From: Arcobacteraceae bacterium
GTDB taxonomy: Bacteria; Campylobacterota; Campylobacteria; Campylobacterales; Arcobacteraceae
Assembly (NCBI GenBank): GCA_965224485.1
Contig: CBDCZH010000003.1
Location: 1 to 64,000, forward strand
Length of the DNA: 64,000 nucleotides
Direction: 5' to 3'
Shown in pieces: positions 8,105 through 19,520 of the stretch. A program made the position numbers and the translations under genes. The notes beneath the pieces are model-generated. The model was given only the letters and a program-made list of their open reading frames with translations, was not told where the DNA came from and ran no database searches. The first letter of the stretch is position 1, and every line of letters starts with the position of its first letter.

Positions 8105-9625
8105 ATGCCCAATGAAATACTTAGACTTCAAGATGAGTTAGCACTTTATAAAAATATATTCTTTGAAGATAACAAAACACCAATCATTATAATATCAACT
8201 GAAAATATTTGCTTAGATTTAAATAATTCATTTTTGAAACTATTTAGTCCTTCTATTACAAAAAATGATTTTATAACTTCTTTATCAAAAAATAGACATT
8301 CATTATTTCAAGAAGATGGAATTGAATCACTTATTAAAGCTATAGAAATTATTAATAAAACTTTAAAAAATGAAAAGCATAATTTTGACTGGTTATATAA
8401 AGATGTAGAAGATAATGAGTTTTTAGCAAATATTAATCTTGAGAAAATTATGTACAAAGGGAATATAGCTTTAAAAGCAATTGTGAGTATTATTTCAGAT
8501 ACAAAAAAGTTTAAAAAGAAAAAGAAAAATCTTGAAAAAATAGAGAAAAAAAATAATCATAATTTTTTTAAAAGTATTACGGAGAGTTTAGATAAAGTGG
8601 GAGAAGGTCTGTTTCTAGTTGATGAAGAGTTTAAAATAAATTATATGAATAATACCATGATAAAATGGTTTGGAAGCAAAATAGGAAAAATTTGTTACAA
8701 AGAGTTAGCAAATCTTGATGAACCATGCTCTTACTGTAAAATAAAAAGTGTAATTAATGAGAATGAAATAGTAGAGTATGAAGTACTAACTAATAAAAAC
8801 CAAAGTTATGAGATTGTAGCGGCCCCTTTTGTAAATGAAGATAATAAAACATTAAAAATGGAAGTAATAAGAGATGTAACTTTAAGAAAAAAAGCAGAAA
8901 AAGATTTAGTTTTAAAACAAAAAATGATTCAAATGGGTGAGATGTTAGAAAACATTGCTCATCAGTGGAGACAACCACTTTCAATTATTTCAACTATTTC
9001 AACTTCTATGAAACTTCAAGAAGAGTTTCAGACTTTAAATAGTGACGAAATACAATTAAACTGCGATTTAATAAATACAAATGCTCAATATCTTTCAGAA
9101 ACAATTGATAGTTTTAGAGAGTTTATGAAAGGTAATATAAGCAAAAAATATTTTAAATTAAGCAATAGTGTAGATAATTGTTTAATACTTCTAAAAGCTA
9201 ATATTGTAAAGTATAATATAACTATAGTAAAAAATTTAGATAATAGTATAACAATTAATAATTATGAAAATATATTTATACAAGCGTTAATTAATATTAT
9301 TAATAATTCAAAAGATGCATTTCTTAGTAATAAAAATCAAAATGATAGATATATTTTTATAAAAACTTATAAAGATAAAGAGTATATATATTTTGAGATT
9401 AAAGACAATGCAGGTGGTGTTACACTAGATGTATTAGAAAAGTTATTTGAAATATACTTTACAACAAAGCATAAATCAGTAGGTACTGGATTAGGTTTAT
9501 ATATGTCATATAATATTATAGAAAATGATATGAAAGCTCATATAAGAGCTTCAAATGATGAATATCATTACAATAATATAAAGTACAAAGGTTTAAAATT
9601 TGAAATCAAATTTAAACTTGATTAA
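8105..9625 (+). CDS. PAS-domain sensor histidine kinase
   Basis: H-box ENIAHQWRQPLS, N-box NIINNSKDA, DNAGG, FTTK, GTGLGLY. Confidence 0.93.
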   Translation: MPNEILRLQDELALYKNIFFEDNKTPIIIISTENICLDLNNSFLKLFSPSITKNDFITSLSKNRHSLFQEDGIESLIKAIEIINKTLKNEKHNFDWLYKDVEDNEFLANINLEKIMYKGNIALKAIVSIISDTKKFKKKKKNLEKIEKKNNHNFFKSITESLDKVGEGLFLVDEEFKINYMNNTMIKWFGSKIGKICYKELANLDEPCSYCKIKSVINENEIVEYEVLTNKNQSYEIVAAPFVNEDNKTLKMEVIRDVTLRKKAEKDLVLKQKMIQMGEMLENIAHQWRQPLSIISTISTSMKLQEEFQTLNSDEIQLNCDLINTNAQYLSETIDSFREFMKGNISKKYFKLSNSVDNCLILLKANIVKYNITIVKNLDNSITINNYENIFIQALINIINNSKDAFLSNKNQNDRYIFIKTYKDKEYIYFEIKDNAGGVTLDVLEKLFEIYFTTKHKSVGTGLGLYMSYNIIENDMKAHIRASNDEYHYNNIKYKGLKFEIKFKLD

Positions 9626-9683
9626 AAGTGCAGATAAAATATTTACTCAGTAATTTCAAAAAGAAGAAAATCCTATAATCTGT

Positions 9684-9829
9684 AAAAATCATTTTAATGA
9701 ATAATTTTTTTTAGGAAGTACGAGGCAAAGATTCTATTTTAAGAAGGAGCATACATCAAGTATGTGAGAGAATAAAATAAATCTTTAACGCTGTAATTTC
9801 AAAAAAGATTATTCAGTAAAATGATTTTT
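9684..9829. repeat. ERIC/IRU-like palindromic intergenic element
   Basis: Terminal IR aaaaatcatttta.tgaataat/attattca.taaaatgattttt; centre GGAGCATAC-ATCAA-GTATGTGA flanked by AGGC...AACGC. Confidence 0.6.
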
Positions 9830-9839
9830 TTTTGTAGGT

Positions 9840-9891
9840 AAAAAAAAAGCTTTTAGACAGTAGAACCTTGGTTCAAATATCTAAAAGCTTT
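9840..9891 (-). terminator. Probable intrinsic terminator of the tRNA operon
   Basis: aaagcttttaga/tctaaaagcttt stem followed by a U run on the minus strand. Confidence 0.6.
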
Positions 9892-9892
9892 A

Positions 9893-9967
<75 letters not shown>

Positions 9968-10000
9968 AATTATAATATGTTACATTAAAAAACAAAGAAA

Positions 10001-10075
<75 letters not shown>

Positions 10076-10101
10076 TTCTATTTGTCTTTTAATGGAGTGG
10101 A

Positions 10102-10130
10102 AGTATAGTTAAAATACTACTCTTTGTCAA
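10102..10130 (-). promoter_or_regulatory. Sigma70 promoter of the tRNA operon
   Basis: TTGACA-17 nt-TATACT. Confidence 0.8.
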
Positions 10131-10147
10131 GCTTTTTCCAAAGAAAT

Positions 10148-11065
10148 TTAACAATTTTTATAAAATTCAACTCCACCTGAATTTACTAGTAAAATTTCAT
10201 CATTTTTTAACAATTTTTCTAAAATAATTTTACTATTTACATCAAACATATTTTCTATATCTTCTTTAGTTAAAGGTCTTCTACTTAGTGTTCTTAAAAT
10301 TTCTTCTTTGTTATATGAATTAATTTGTTTTGGTCTATTTTTATAAGCAATATTTACATTAATTCCTTCAAATACATTTGCTATATTTTGTAGGGTTTTA
10401 AAATCAACCCCTTGCACTTTATAAGCAGGTGGTCTATCAATTGTACCAATATCTACTCTTTTAGGATTTATTCTTTTAACAGCTTCATATAAGCACTCTA
10501 TTTCTTCTTTTTTATCATTCATGTTTTTTACTATTAAAATTTCTAAAACAAAATCTTTTGTAGTAGTCTTTGAGAACTTTACCATAGCTTCAATAATTTT
10601 ATTTAAATCAATTCCTGTATGAATTCTATCTAGTTTTTTAAAACATTTATCACTCGCACAATCTAAAGAGAGTTTAACAGTATCAAGTTTTAACAAAGTA
10701 GAAAAAATATTTTCATCATAAATCTTACTTCCATTTGAAAGAATTAAGGTTTTAGTATTATTTTTAATTTTATTGATTTCTGTAATTAACTCATCTAACT
10801 TTGGATATAAAGTTGGTTCACCATTCGCAGTAAGTGTTATCACATCAATTTTTTTATGAGTTTTTAATGAGTCATTAATAGCAGACATAACTTCAAGAAC
10901 AGAAGGGTAAGTTGTCATTTTATCAGTTGTTTTTGCTGCGTCAAGTTCGCAGTATAAACAGTCAAAGTTACACTGTTTTGAAGATGGTGAGAGATCAACT
11001 CCCAGAGAAATTCCAAATCTTCTTGAAGGAATTGGTCCAAATATTATAGAGTTAGTATATGCCAT
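10148..11065 (-). CDS. Radical SAM protein
   Basis: FGPIPSRRFGISLG; CNFDCLYC (CxxxCxxC); GEPTL. Confidence 0.9.
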   Translation of the reverse strand: MAYTNSIIFGPIPSRRFGISLGVDLSPSSKQCNFDCLYCELDAAKTTDKMTTYPSVLEVMSAINDSLKTHKKIDVITLTANGEPTLYPKLDELITEINKIKNNTKTLILSNGSKIYDENIFSTLLKLDTVKLSLDCASDKCFKKLDRIHTGIDLNKIIEAMVKFSKTTTKDFVLEILIVKNMNDKKEEIECLYEAVKRINPKRVDIGTIDRPPAYKVQGVDFKTLQNIANVFEGINVNIAYKNRPKQINSYNKEEILRTLSRRPLTKEDIENMFDVNSKIILEKLLKNDEILLVNSGGVEFYKNC

Positions 11066-11206
11066 ATAAGTACTTAGTAAGTTAGTATGTTTGTAAGTTG
11101 CTAAGTTCTTATAATAAGAAAGGAAGTGAAGTAATGAGCTAGTAAATACAAACCTACTAACTTAGTACTTACAAACCTACTAACTTATCAAAATAGCAAC
11201 TAAAAA

Positions 11207-12238
11207 CTACTTCTTACTTACCCTTTGACACTCACTTACAAAGTGAATAGCATTTTCAACTGGAACATCTGGTAAAATACCATGACCTAAATTAAAAATA
11301 TGTCTTTTACCTTGCATGGTTTCTTGTATTTTTTCAACACATTTAGTAGTTTCTTCTTTAGAATATAATCTACAAGGTTCCATATTTCCTTGTAAAACAT
11401 ATTTATCACCTAATTTTTCTTTGGCCAAACTCATAGGAGTTCCCCAATCAACACCAAATACATCAAAGTTACCATAAATTTTATCTAAAAATGCAGGAAT
11501 TCCTTTTGGAAACATAATTACTGGAATATGAGGATATTTCTCTTTTAAATGTTCTGCTATTTCAACCATATAAGACCATGAAAATTCATCATACATTGAA
11601 GGCTCAATAGCTGATGCCCAAGAATCAAAGATTTGAACTACATCAATACCAGCTTCAATTTGTTTTTCCATATAAATTTTTACAACATCAGTTACTTTTC
11701 TTAAAATATCATGCATTAGAGCAGGATCTGAATATATAAGTTTTTTACATAAATTATATGTTTTAGTACCCTGTCCTTCAATCATATAAGTAGCAAGTGT
11801 CCAAGGAGCACCAGTAAACCCAATAAGAGCCTTATCATCAGCTAGTTCTTCTCTTATAAGTTTAATTGCATCATAAACATAAGTAAGTTTGCTAGCAGCT
11901 TCTTCTCCACCTATTAAAGCATCAATATCAGCTTGATTTACAATTGGATCTTTAAAAATTGGACCTTCACCTTTTATAAACTCTAGGTGCATTCCCATTT
12001 CATTTGGAATAACTAAAATATCTGAAAATAAAATAGCTGCATCAACACCTACAATATCAATAGGTTGAAGTGTTACTTCACAAGCTTTTTTAGGATCATG
12101 ACATAAGTTTAGAAAGTTTCCAGCCTCAGCTCGAACTGCCATATATTCAGGAAGGTATCTTCCTGCTTGTCTCATCATCCATACAGGAGTATAAGGTGTT
12201 TCTTTTCCAAAACAAGCATCTACAAAAATTTTTGACAT
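11207..12238 (-). CDS. hemE: Uroporphyrinogen decarboxylase
   Basis: [31 protein letters not shown]. Confidence 0.98.
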   Translation of the reverse strand: MSKIFVDACFGKETPYTPVWMMRQAGRYLPEYMAVRAEAGNFLNLCHDPKKACEVTLQPIDIVGVDAAILFSDILVIPNEMGMHLEFIKGEGPIFKDPIVNQADIDALIGGEEAASKLTYVYDAIKLIREELADDKALIGFTGAPWTLATYMIEGQGTKTYNLCKKLIYSDPALMHDILRKVTDVVKIYMEKQIEAGIDVVQIFDSWASAIEPSMYDEFSWSYMVEIAEHLKEKYPHIPVIMFPKGIPAFLDKIYGNFDVFGVDWGTPMSLAKEKLGDKYVLQGNMEPCRLYSKEETTKCVEKIQETMQGKRHIFNLGHGILPDVPVENAIHFVSECQRVSKK

Positions 12239-12266
12239 AATAATATAACCTTTTAGTATTTAATTT

Positions 12267-12776
12267 TTAATATTTTCCGACTTTTCCTAAAAAGAAAAGT
12301 CCCACTGATAATAAAGCTATTGAAATAGCAAAATAAAGCATATCTAACGCTCCATCATAATTTGTATGTAAAACTTTTTGAAAAAAGCTTACAATTAGAA
12401 CCATAACAATTACTTTTGCTATTTTATCTTTTAACTGATCTAGAGTTTTTATTGATAAAATACCACTTTCTTGATCACTTTGTGCTTCATCTATTTTTGA
12501 AATAAAAAGTTCGTATAAACCAAATGCAAAAATCAACATAACAACAGCAATTAGATATAAATCAACTGCTCCTATTATTTTACTCACAATTATTTCATGA
12601 AATTTATCTGGATGAAGACCATTTAAGTATACATTAATTGTATAAGTAAATACTTCATATATATCTATTGAAGCAACAACAAATAAAATCATTGAGCCTA
12701 ACAGTCCAAAAACAACAGCTAAAAGAACAAATAATCTTGTTCTCCACATAGCTTTTTCAAATAATCTTTCTAACAT
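12267..12776 (-). CDS. YqhA (UPF0114) family membrane protein
   Basis: Multiple TM helices; DLYLIA...GLYELFISKID; LDQLKDKIAKVI. Confidence 0.85.
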   Translation of the reverse strand: MLERLFEKAMWRTRLFVLLAVVFGLLGSMILFVVASIDIYEVFTYTINVYLNGLHPDKFHEIIVSKIIGAVDLYLIAVVMLIFAFGLYELFISKIDEAQSDQESGILSIKTLDQLKDKIAKVIVMVLIVSFFQKVLHTNYDGALDMLYFAISIALLSVGLFFLGKVGKY

Positions 12777-12781
12777 TTTTC

Positions 12782-13813
12782 TTAATCTTCCATCTCAATC
12801 CACTTTAAAGCAATTCTAACAGAATTAGTAGCTGCCCCTACTCTTACTTGATCTGCAACATTAAAATAGTGAAGCATATTATTAGAGTATAAATCTTTTC
12901 TTAATCTTCCTACATATGTAATATCTGTATCAGTTGCAATAATAGGCATAGGATAAGCATCGTTTTTTAAATCATCAATAACTTCAACATTTTCAAATCG
13001 CTCTAAGGCTTCTCTTACTTCTGCCATATCAATATCAACATCATTTTCAAAAGTTACTGTAATTGCTTCACTATGGCTTCTTAAAACAGGAACTCTTACA
13101 CAAGTTGCAGCTACTGCTATATCTTTATGTAAAATCTTTTGTGTTTCATTAATCATTTTCATCTCTTCTTTAGTAAAAGAGTTATCTTCTGCTACATCAA
13201 CAGCTGGAATAACATTAAGAGCAATTTGATGAGCAAATTGTTCTTTTTTACTATCACCTAACTCGAATTTAAAGAAATCTTGCATTTGTGTTACTAACTC
13301 TTCCATACCTGCTTTCCCAGCTCCGGAAACAGCTTGATATGTTGATACATCAACTCTTTTAATTCCATATAATTCATCAAGTGGTTTTAAACTTAGAACC
13401 ATTTGAATAGTTGAACAATTTGGATTTGCAATAATTCCTGTTTCTTTCCATAAAGAAATATCTTCAGGATTAACCTCAGGAACTACTAAAGGAATATTTT
13501 CTTGCATTCTAAAATGACTTGTATTATCAATTACAACAGCACCTGCATCAACAGCAGCTTGTGCAAATTTAGCAGAAACACTTCCACCAGCGCTAAAAAA
13601 AGCAATATCAACTTCATTTTCTTCAAAACAAGTATCAGTTAACTCTAAAACTGCATAATCTTTACTCTTATATTCAATTGTAGTTCCAATACTTCTAGCA
13701 CTTGCAAGTGGAATTATATTATTTACAGGAAAGTCATAATCTGCCATTACTCTAAAAAGCTCTTCTCCAACGGCACCAGTTGCTCCCACAACTGCTACAT
13801 TAAATTTTCTCAT
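12782..13813 (-). CDS. asd: Aspartate-semialdehyde dehydrogenase
   Basis: VVGATGAVG, IIANPNCSTIQ, STYQAVSGAG, CVRVPV. Confidence 0.98.
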   Translation of the reverse strand: MRKFNVAVVGATGAVGEELFRVMADYDFPVNNIIPLASARSIGTTIEYKSKDYAVLELTDTCFEENEVDIAFFSAGGSVSAKFAQAAVDAGAVVIDNTSHFRMQENIPLVVPEVNPEDISLWKETGIIANPNCSTIQMVLSLKPLDELYGIKRVDVSTYQAVSGAGKAGMEELVTQMQDFFKFELGDSKKEQFAHQIALNVIPAVDVAEDNSFTKEEMKMINETQKILHKDIAVAATCVRVPVLRSHSEAITVTFENDVDIDMAEVREALERFENVEVIDDLKNDAYPMPIIATDTDITYVGRLRKDLYSNNMLHYFNVADQVRVGAATNSVRIALKWIEMED

Positions 13814-16454
13814 TCTTTATTTTCTCCATTATTATCATTAGTATTTTCTTCTACTGAAGTATTTGAAGTTACATTTTCATCACTACTTATAGAAGTAGTC
13901 GAATCATTTGTATCATTTTCACTTTCTTCACCATTTTCAAGCTCTACTTCTTCTTCATTTTCTTTAGGACATTTTGCAATTGATACAACTTTATCTTTTT
14001 TATCAACATTCACAATAATAACCCCAGAAGTATTTCTTCCCGCTTTTCTTATACTTTGCATATCAACTCTAATCATCTTTCCTATTGAAGTTAAAATCAT
14101 TAGGTCTTGAGTTTCATCAACTAAAACTTCACCAATAATATTTCCAGTTTTATTAGATAACTTCATAGAAATAACACCAGAACCAGCTCTATTTGTTTGT
14201 CTATACTCTTCAACAAGTGTTCTTTTCCCAATACCTTTTTCAGATACAGTTAATAACTCTTGTTCTGTTGAATCAATAACATCAGCATCAATTACGAAAT
14301 CATTTTCATGTTTAAACTTAATACCTCTAACACCTCTAGTACTTCGCCCTTGTAATTTAACACCTTTACATTTTATTTTTCCATTATCATCTACTATTGG
14401 ATTAGACTCTTCATCTAATAACTGCTTCCAAATATCAAATCTAATACATTGCCCAAGTGATGTAAAAATCATTAAAAATCTTGAATCAACATTTGTGATT
14501 TTAGCTGTTACAATTTCATCATCATCATCTAAAACAATTGCTCTTACACCATTACTTCTAATATTGCTAAATTCACTTAATGAAGTTCTTTTTACAATAC
14601 CATTTTTAGTAAAGAATGCTAAAGATTTAGTTTCATCAAAATCACTAGTTGGAATGATTTCCATGATTCTCTCACCAGCTTTTAAGTTAATTAAATTAAC
14701 AACAGCTTTACCTTTTGCAATTCTGCTACCTTCTGGAATTCTATATACTTTTAACCAGTACAATTGACCAAGATTAGTAACAAACATTAAAGTATCATGA
14801 GTATTTGAAACAAAGAATCTTTCAATAAAATCATCATCATGAGTAGTAACAGCAACTTTACCCTTACCACCTCTTTTTTGTTTCTCATATAACTTAATTG
14901 GCACTCTTTTTACATAACCATTGTGAGTAATAGTAACTACCATTGGTTCATTTGGAATTAAATCTTCAATATCAATTTCTTCATATGAGTCTTCAATATC
15001 AGTTCTTCTTGGAGAAGAGTATTTTTCTTTAATTTCTAATAATTCTTCTTTAATAATCTCATTTAATCTTTCTTCTGATTTTAAAATAGATTCAAGTTCA
15101 GCAATTAAAACTAATAATTCTTGATATTCAGCTTCTAGTTTATCTCTTTGAAGACCTGTTAATCTTCCTAGTCTCATATCCAAAATAGCTTGAGCTTGGA
15201 TACTTGATAAAGAAAATCTATCTTGTAGTTTTTCTCTAGCATCAGCATCATTTGAAGATGTTTTAATTAATTGAACTACTTCATCTATATTATCTAAAGC
15301 AATTTTTAGCCCTTCTAAGATATGAGCTCTTGCTTTTGCTTTTTCTAATTCAAAATTGTTCTTCTAATGATTACTGTTTTTCTATGAGATAAGAAAACAG
15401 TTAAAATCTCAGGTAAAGTAAATACCTTTGGTTCTTTGTTATAAACAGCTAAAAGAATAATTCCAAATGTAGTTTCTAAAGGAGTTGATTTATACAAGTT
15501 ATTCATTAAAATTTCAGCCATTGCATCTTTTTTAAGCTCAATTACTACTCTAATTCCTTCTCTATCTGATTCATCTCTTACTTCTGAGATACCATCAATA
15601 ACTTTTTCTTTTGCCAAATTAGCAATTTGCTCAATTAAACGAGACTTATTTACTTGATAAGGAAGTTCATCAATTACAATAACTTCTTTTCTTCCTTTTG
15701 TTTCAATATGATGCTTAGCTCTAATTTTAACTCGTCCTCTTCCTGTATTATAAGCATCAATTATTCCACGACGTCCGAAAATAGTTCCACCAGTTGGAAA
15801 ATCTGGTCCTTGAATAAATTCCATTAACTCATCAGCAGTTGCTTCTGGATTATCGATTGTATGTAAAATTGCTTCTAATAATTCATTTAAATTATGTGGT
15901 GGGATTTTAGTAGCCATTCCAACAGCAATACCTTCACTACCATTCATTAATAAAGTAGGAACTCTTGTCGGTAAAACAGCTGGTTCTTTTAATGTATCAT
16001 CATAATTTGCAGTAAAGTTAACTGTATCTTTATCTAAATCTTTTAATATATCTTCAGAAATCTTTGTAAATCTTGATTCTGTATATCTCATAGCAGCAGC
16101 GTTATCCCCATCAACAGAACCAAAGTTTCCTTGTCCATCAATTAAAGGTTCTCTCATAGAGAAGTCTTGTGCCATACGTACTAAAGCATCATAAACAGAA
16201 GAATCACCATGTGGATGATACTTACCAATAACATCTCCAACAATTCTTGCAGATTTTTTGTAAGGAGCTCGTGCAGTCATATTTAAATCATGCATTGCAT
16301 ATAAAATTCTTCTATGAACTGGTTTTAAACCATCTCTTGCATCAGGTAATGCTCGCCCAATAATAACACTCATTGAGTAGTCTAAATAAGAGCCTTTTAC
16401 TGAGTCTTCTATATTTATGTCTATAATATCTTGATTGTCAAAAAGATTTTCCAT
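13810..16454 (-). CDS. gyrA: DNA gyrase subunit A (frameshift near 15352, probably an assembly error)
   Basis: [32 protein letters not shown], GyrA-box QKRGGKG; one extra T restores [13 protein letters not shown]. Confidence 0.96.
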
Positions 16455-16577
16455 GTAATAATACCTTATTGTAAAAATTGCCTTATATTATCTAAAAAGC
16501 GCTTAGGAATACTTATAGACTCATACTTTTAAGCTAGCTTCATAGTTTTAAAAATATATATTGCAAAAATAAGGCAT

Positions 16578-16612
16578 AAAAAAAGGGAAGATAAGTTAAT
16601 ATCTTCCCTTTT
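16578..16612 (-). terminator. Intrinsic terminator
   Basis: aaaagggaagata-N6-tatcttccctttt hairpin with a U tail on the minus strand. Confidence 0.75.
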
Positions 16613-16629
16613 ATTTACTAATAATTTAA

Positions 16630-16854
16630 CTAAACGTTATTTTTTTTCTTATAAGCCATAATTGAATTATAAATTTCATCTTTTAATTTTAGTTTTTCTT
16701 TTTTGTTTTTTTCAATTTCAAACATATCAGTATTATTTTTAATATCTTCTTGAATTTTTTTCATCTAAATCATTATGTCTGTCAAAAAGGTTATGAAAAT
16801 GTTTATCCTCATTTTTCATAGTACTCATTACGTGTCCCTGTATTCATGGAACAT
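16630..16854 (-). CDS. YdcH/DUF465-family small protein (frameshifted in this assembly)
   Basis: Reconstructed MFHEYRD...HFHNLFDRHNDLDEKI...KKEKLKLKDEIY; AAGGA RBS. Confidence 0.7.
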
Positions 16855-16955
16855 TGTATATCCTTTTATTAAATTTTATAACTTCTTAAAGTATATCACT
16901 TACTTTCTTAGATATTTTAATTATAAAGAGATTTTTAACTTAAAATATCAAATTT

Positions 16956-18136
16956 CTAGGTTCTATAATCAGCATTTATTTCAATATATTTATGTCCTAA
17001 ATCACAGCCATATGCAGTAAAACTTTCATTTCCTAAACCAATATCACAAATAATTTTAAAGCTATCATTTTTTAATACTTCACAAGCTTTATCTTCAATT
17101 TCTTGTGAAAAAAACAATCTCACCTTCTTTAAAAACTACTACATCATTATAGGAAATAATTAAAGTCTCTTCACTACAGTTTATTCTAGATGCTCCAATA
17201 GTTGAGGCAATTCTTCCAAAATTTGGATCTTCACCAAATAAAGCAGTTTTGACTAAAAGAGAGTTTGATAAAGCTTTTGCAGCATTTTGGGCATCTTCTT
17301 GTGTTAAAGCATTTTTAACTTCAAAAGCAACAGCTTTTTTAGCCCCTTCTCCATCACTAACCATAAGCATAGCAATATCATGCATAAGTAAGCGTAAAAC
17401 TTCTTCAAAAGCTTCTTTGTCATAAGAATTTGATTTTTGATTGCTTAATAACATTACGGTATCATTTGTAGAAGTATCTCCATCAACAGAAATTGCATTA
17501 AAAGTAGTAATACTAGCTTTTTTTAAAAGCTCATTCATATCACTTTTAGGAATTGCTGCGTCTGTACAAATAAAACATAACATTGTGGCAAGATTTGGAT
17601 TAATCATTCCAGCCCCTTTAGCAAGAGCTCCTATTTTAAAAGATGTTCCATCTTCTAGTTTTACTTCATACATAGAAGTTTTAGCATAAGCATCAGTTGT
17701 CATAATTGCTTCACTTAATGCTTTTGCACTTTTAGCTTTTAAATCAAAAGTGTTTGCCGCACTTATAATCTTATCAAGTGGTAAAGGATTTCCAATTACA
17801 CCAGTTGAGCTCATAATTGGTTTGTAAACTTTGATTTATTGAAGAAAAGATTGTATTAATATCTTCAATTCCTTTTTTTCCAGTCATTGCATTTGCATTT
17901 TTAGCATTAATTAAAACAAAATTCGTTTTGAAGTTTTTAGGATATAAAGAATAATGTTTTAAAGGAGCTGCTTTGAATTTATTATTAGTAAAAATAGCCT
18001 CTACTTCGCACAAGGAATCACTGTAAATAAATCCTAAATCTTTAGCATTATTTGCTTTTAAATTTGCATGAATTCCATCACAGAAAAAACCATCTATTTG
18101 ATCTAAGTACCCTTTTAATGGAAAAATTGAAAACAT
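16956..18136 (-). CDS. argJ: Ornithine acetyltransferase/N-acetylglutamate synthase (two frameshifts)
   Basis: NANAMTG, SSTGVIG, AKGAGMINPNLATML, DGDTSTND, DGEGA, GEDPNFGRI; C-terminal AYGCDL...INADYRT lies in a third frame. Confidence 0.93.
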
Positions 18137-19258
18137 TTATAAATCCTCTGGTCTGCTTGTTTGTGTAATAATTCTTTTAGCTTTTGAAATACCTTTTTGG
18201 TTTCCAACTAAAAGAAGTTTACATCTTGCTTTTACAACAGTTGTTCCTTTTGGCATTTGAATAAAGTTTCCTCTTTTTTCAGTAATACCAATAACAGAAA
18301 CTTTCATCTTATCTCTTAAATGAACATCTTTTAATTGATGATTTACTAACCAAGAATCTTCACTTACATAAACTTCTTCCATATCAATAGGAGTATTTGG
18401 TTTATATAAAAACTCATCTAAAACATTTTCCATATCTGGTCGTATTGCCATAGCTGAAACTCTTTTTGCCATTAAAGAAGGAGTTGCTACAACTTTATCA
18501 GCTCCTAGTTTTTGTAAACGTATTTTTTCATTTTGTGTTTCAGCATTTGCAATAATCAAAAAAGGAGATCTTCCTAATTCATTTTCATATAACCTCACAG
18601 AGGCTATTAAAGTAATATTTTCTGCAATATTTTTAGATAAAGAAATAGCACCTTTTGCTGAACTTAAATGAGATTTTAAAAAAGCCAGTTCTTTATATGG
18701 CTCTTCTTTTACAAAATACGGATAATTATTTTCTTTAGCAATTTGTTCAATATTTTCACTTGGATCAACTACAACAAAAGGTATATGACTGTTTCTAAAC
18801 TGTTTTGCTACTTGTGCTGTGTATTCATTATGATAAAATATTACAAAATGATTTCTAAGTCTTGCTATTTTATAAAGCATATTACGCTCCTTATATAAAT
18901 CAAAAAGTCTTCCTTTTACAACTGCATCTATTAAAATAGCAGTAGAAAGTGTAAATATTGCAAAACCAAAAATGATAAGAGTAATAGTAAAAAATCTTCC
19001 AGCAGGAGAAATAGGTGAAATCTCACCAAAACCAACTGTTGTAAAAGTAATACCAGTTTGATAAATTGCGTCTAATATGGGGAAGTCATCAATTACTATA
19101 TAACCTACTGTTCCTATCATCATGATAAGTTGTACAAGTACTAAAGGTAATCGAAAAGGTTTTAATTGGGTATATATTAGTGGGTTAAGGTCATATTCTG
19201 GCTTGGAAGAACGAATCTCCCAACCAAGAGCTTTTTTAAGTCTTCTAAAGAAGCCCAT
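18137..19258 (-). CDS. Potassium channel protein with TrkA/RCK domains
   Basis: Pore motif TFTTVGFGE between TM helices; C-terminal RCK domains. Confidence 0.92.
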   Translation of the reverse strand: MGFFRRLKKALGWEIRSSKPEYDLNPLIYTQLKPFRLPLVLVQLIMMIGTVGYIVIDDFPILDAIYQTGITFTTVGFGEISPISPAGRFFTITLIIFGFAIFTLSTAILIDAVVKGRLFDLYKERNMLYKIARLRNHFVIFYHNEYTAQVAKQFRNSHIPFVVVDPSENIEQIAKENNYPYFVKEEPYKELAFLKSHLSSAKGAISLSKNIAENITLIASVRLYENELGRSPFLIIANAETQNEKIRLQKLGADKVVATPSLMAKRVSAMAIRPDMENVLDEFLYKPNTPIDMEEVYVSEDSWLVNHQLKDVHLRDKMKVSVIGITEKRGNFIQMPKGTTVVKARCKLLLVGNQKGISKAKRIITQTSRPEDL

Positions 19259-19273
19259 TTAGTTTAAAAACTT

Positions 19274-19462
19274 TTAAGAATTCTTTTTAAGAGTTCTTAA
19301 CTCTTTAGCAGAAATTCTAATCTTTCTTGAAGTACCATCTTCTAAAGTAACTCTAACAGTTCTTAAGTTTGGTAAAAATCTTCTTTTTGTTCTATTCTTC
19401 GCGTGACTCACGTTGTTTCCAGCCATAGGGCCTTTTCCTGAAATTGCACATCTTCTTGACAT
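19274..19462 (-). CDS. rpmB: 50S ribosomal protein L28
   Basis: [33 protein letters not shown]; true start 19462 after a GAGGA RBS. Confidence 0.98.
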   Translation of the reverse strand: MSRRCAISGKGPMAGNNVSHAKNRTKRRFLPNLRTVRVTLEDGTSRKIRISAKELRTLKKNS

Positions 19463-19520
19463 ATCGTATTCCTCATTTAAAATTATTCGCGTAGTATATC
19501 TAAGTTTACTTAAGCAATAT

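Noticed and set aside
16190..16215. Gyr[13 protein letters not shown] as a quinolone-resistance allele
   Set aside because: Ser at the position equivalent to E. coli Ser83 is the susceptible-type residue; it is not the Thr-to-Ile change
13810..16454. gyrA (also argJ, waaF, ydcH, vgrG and the effector) as pseudogenes or programmed frameshifts
   Set aside because: GyrA is essential. Single-base indels, mostly in homopolymers, occur throughout the window, so sequencing or assembly error is the simplest explanation; reads would be needed to exclude real mutations in the accessory genes.
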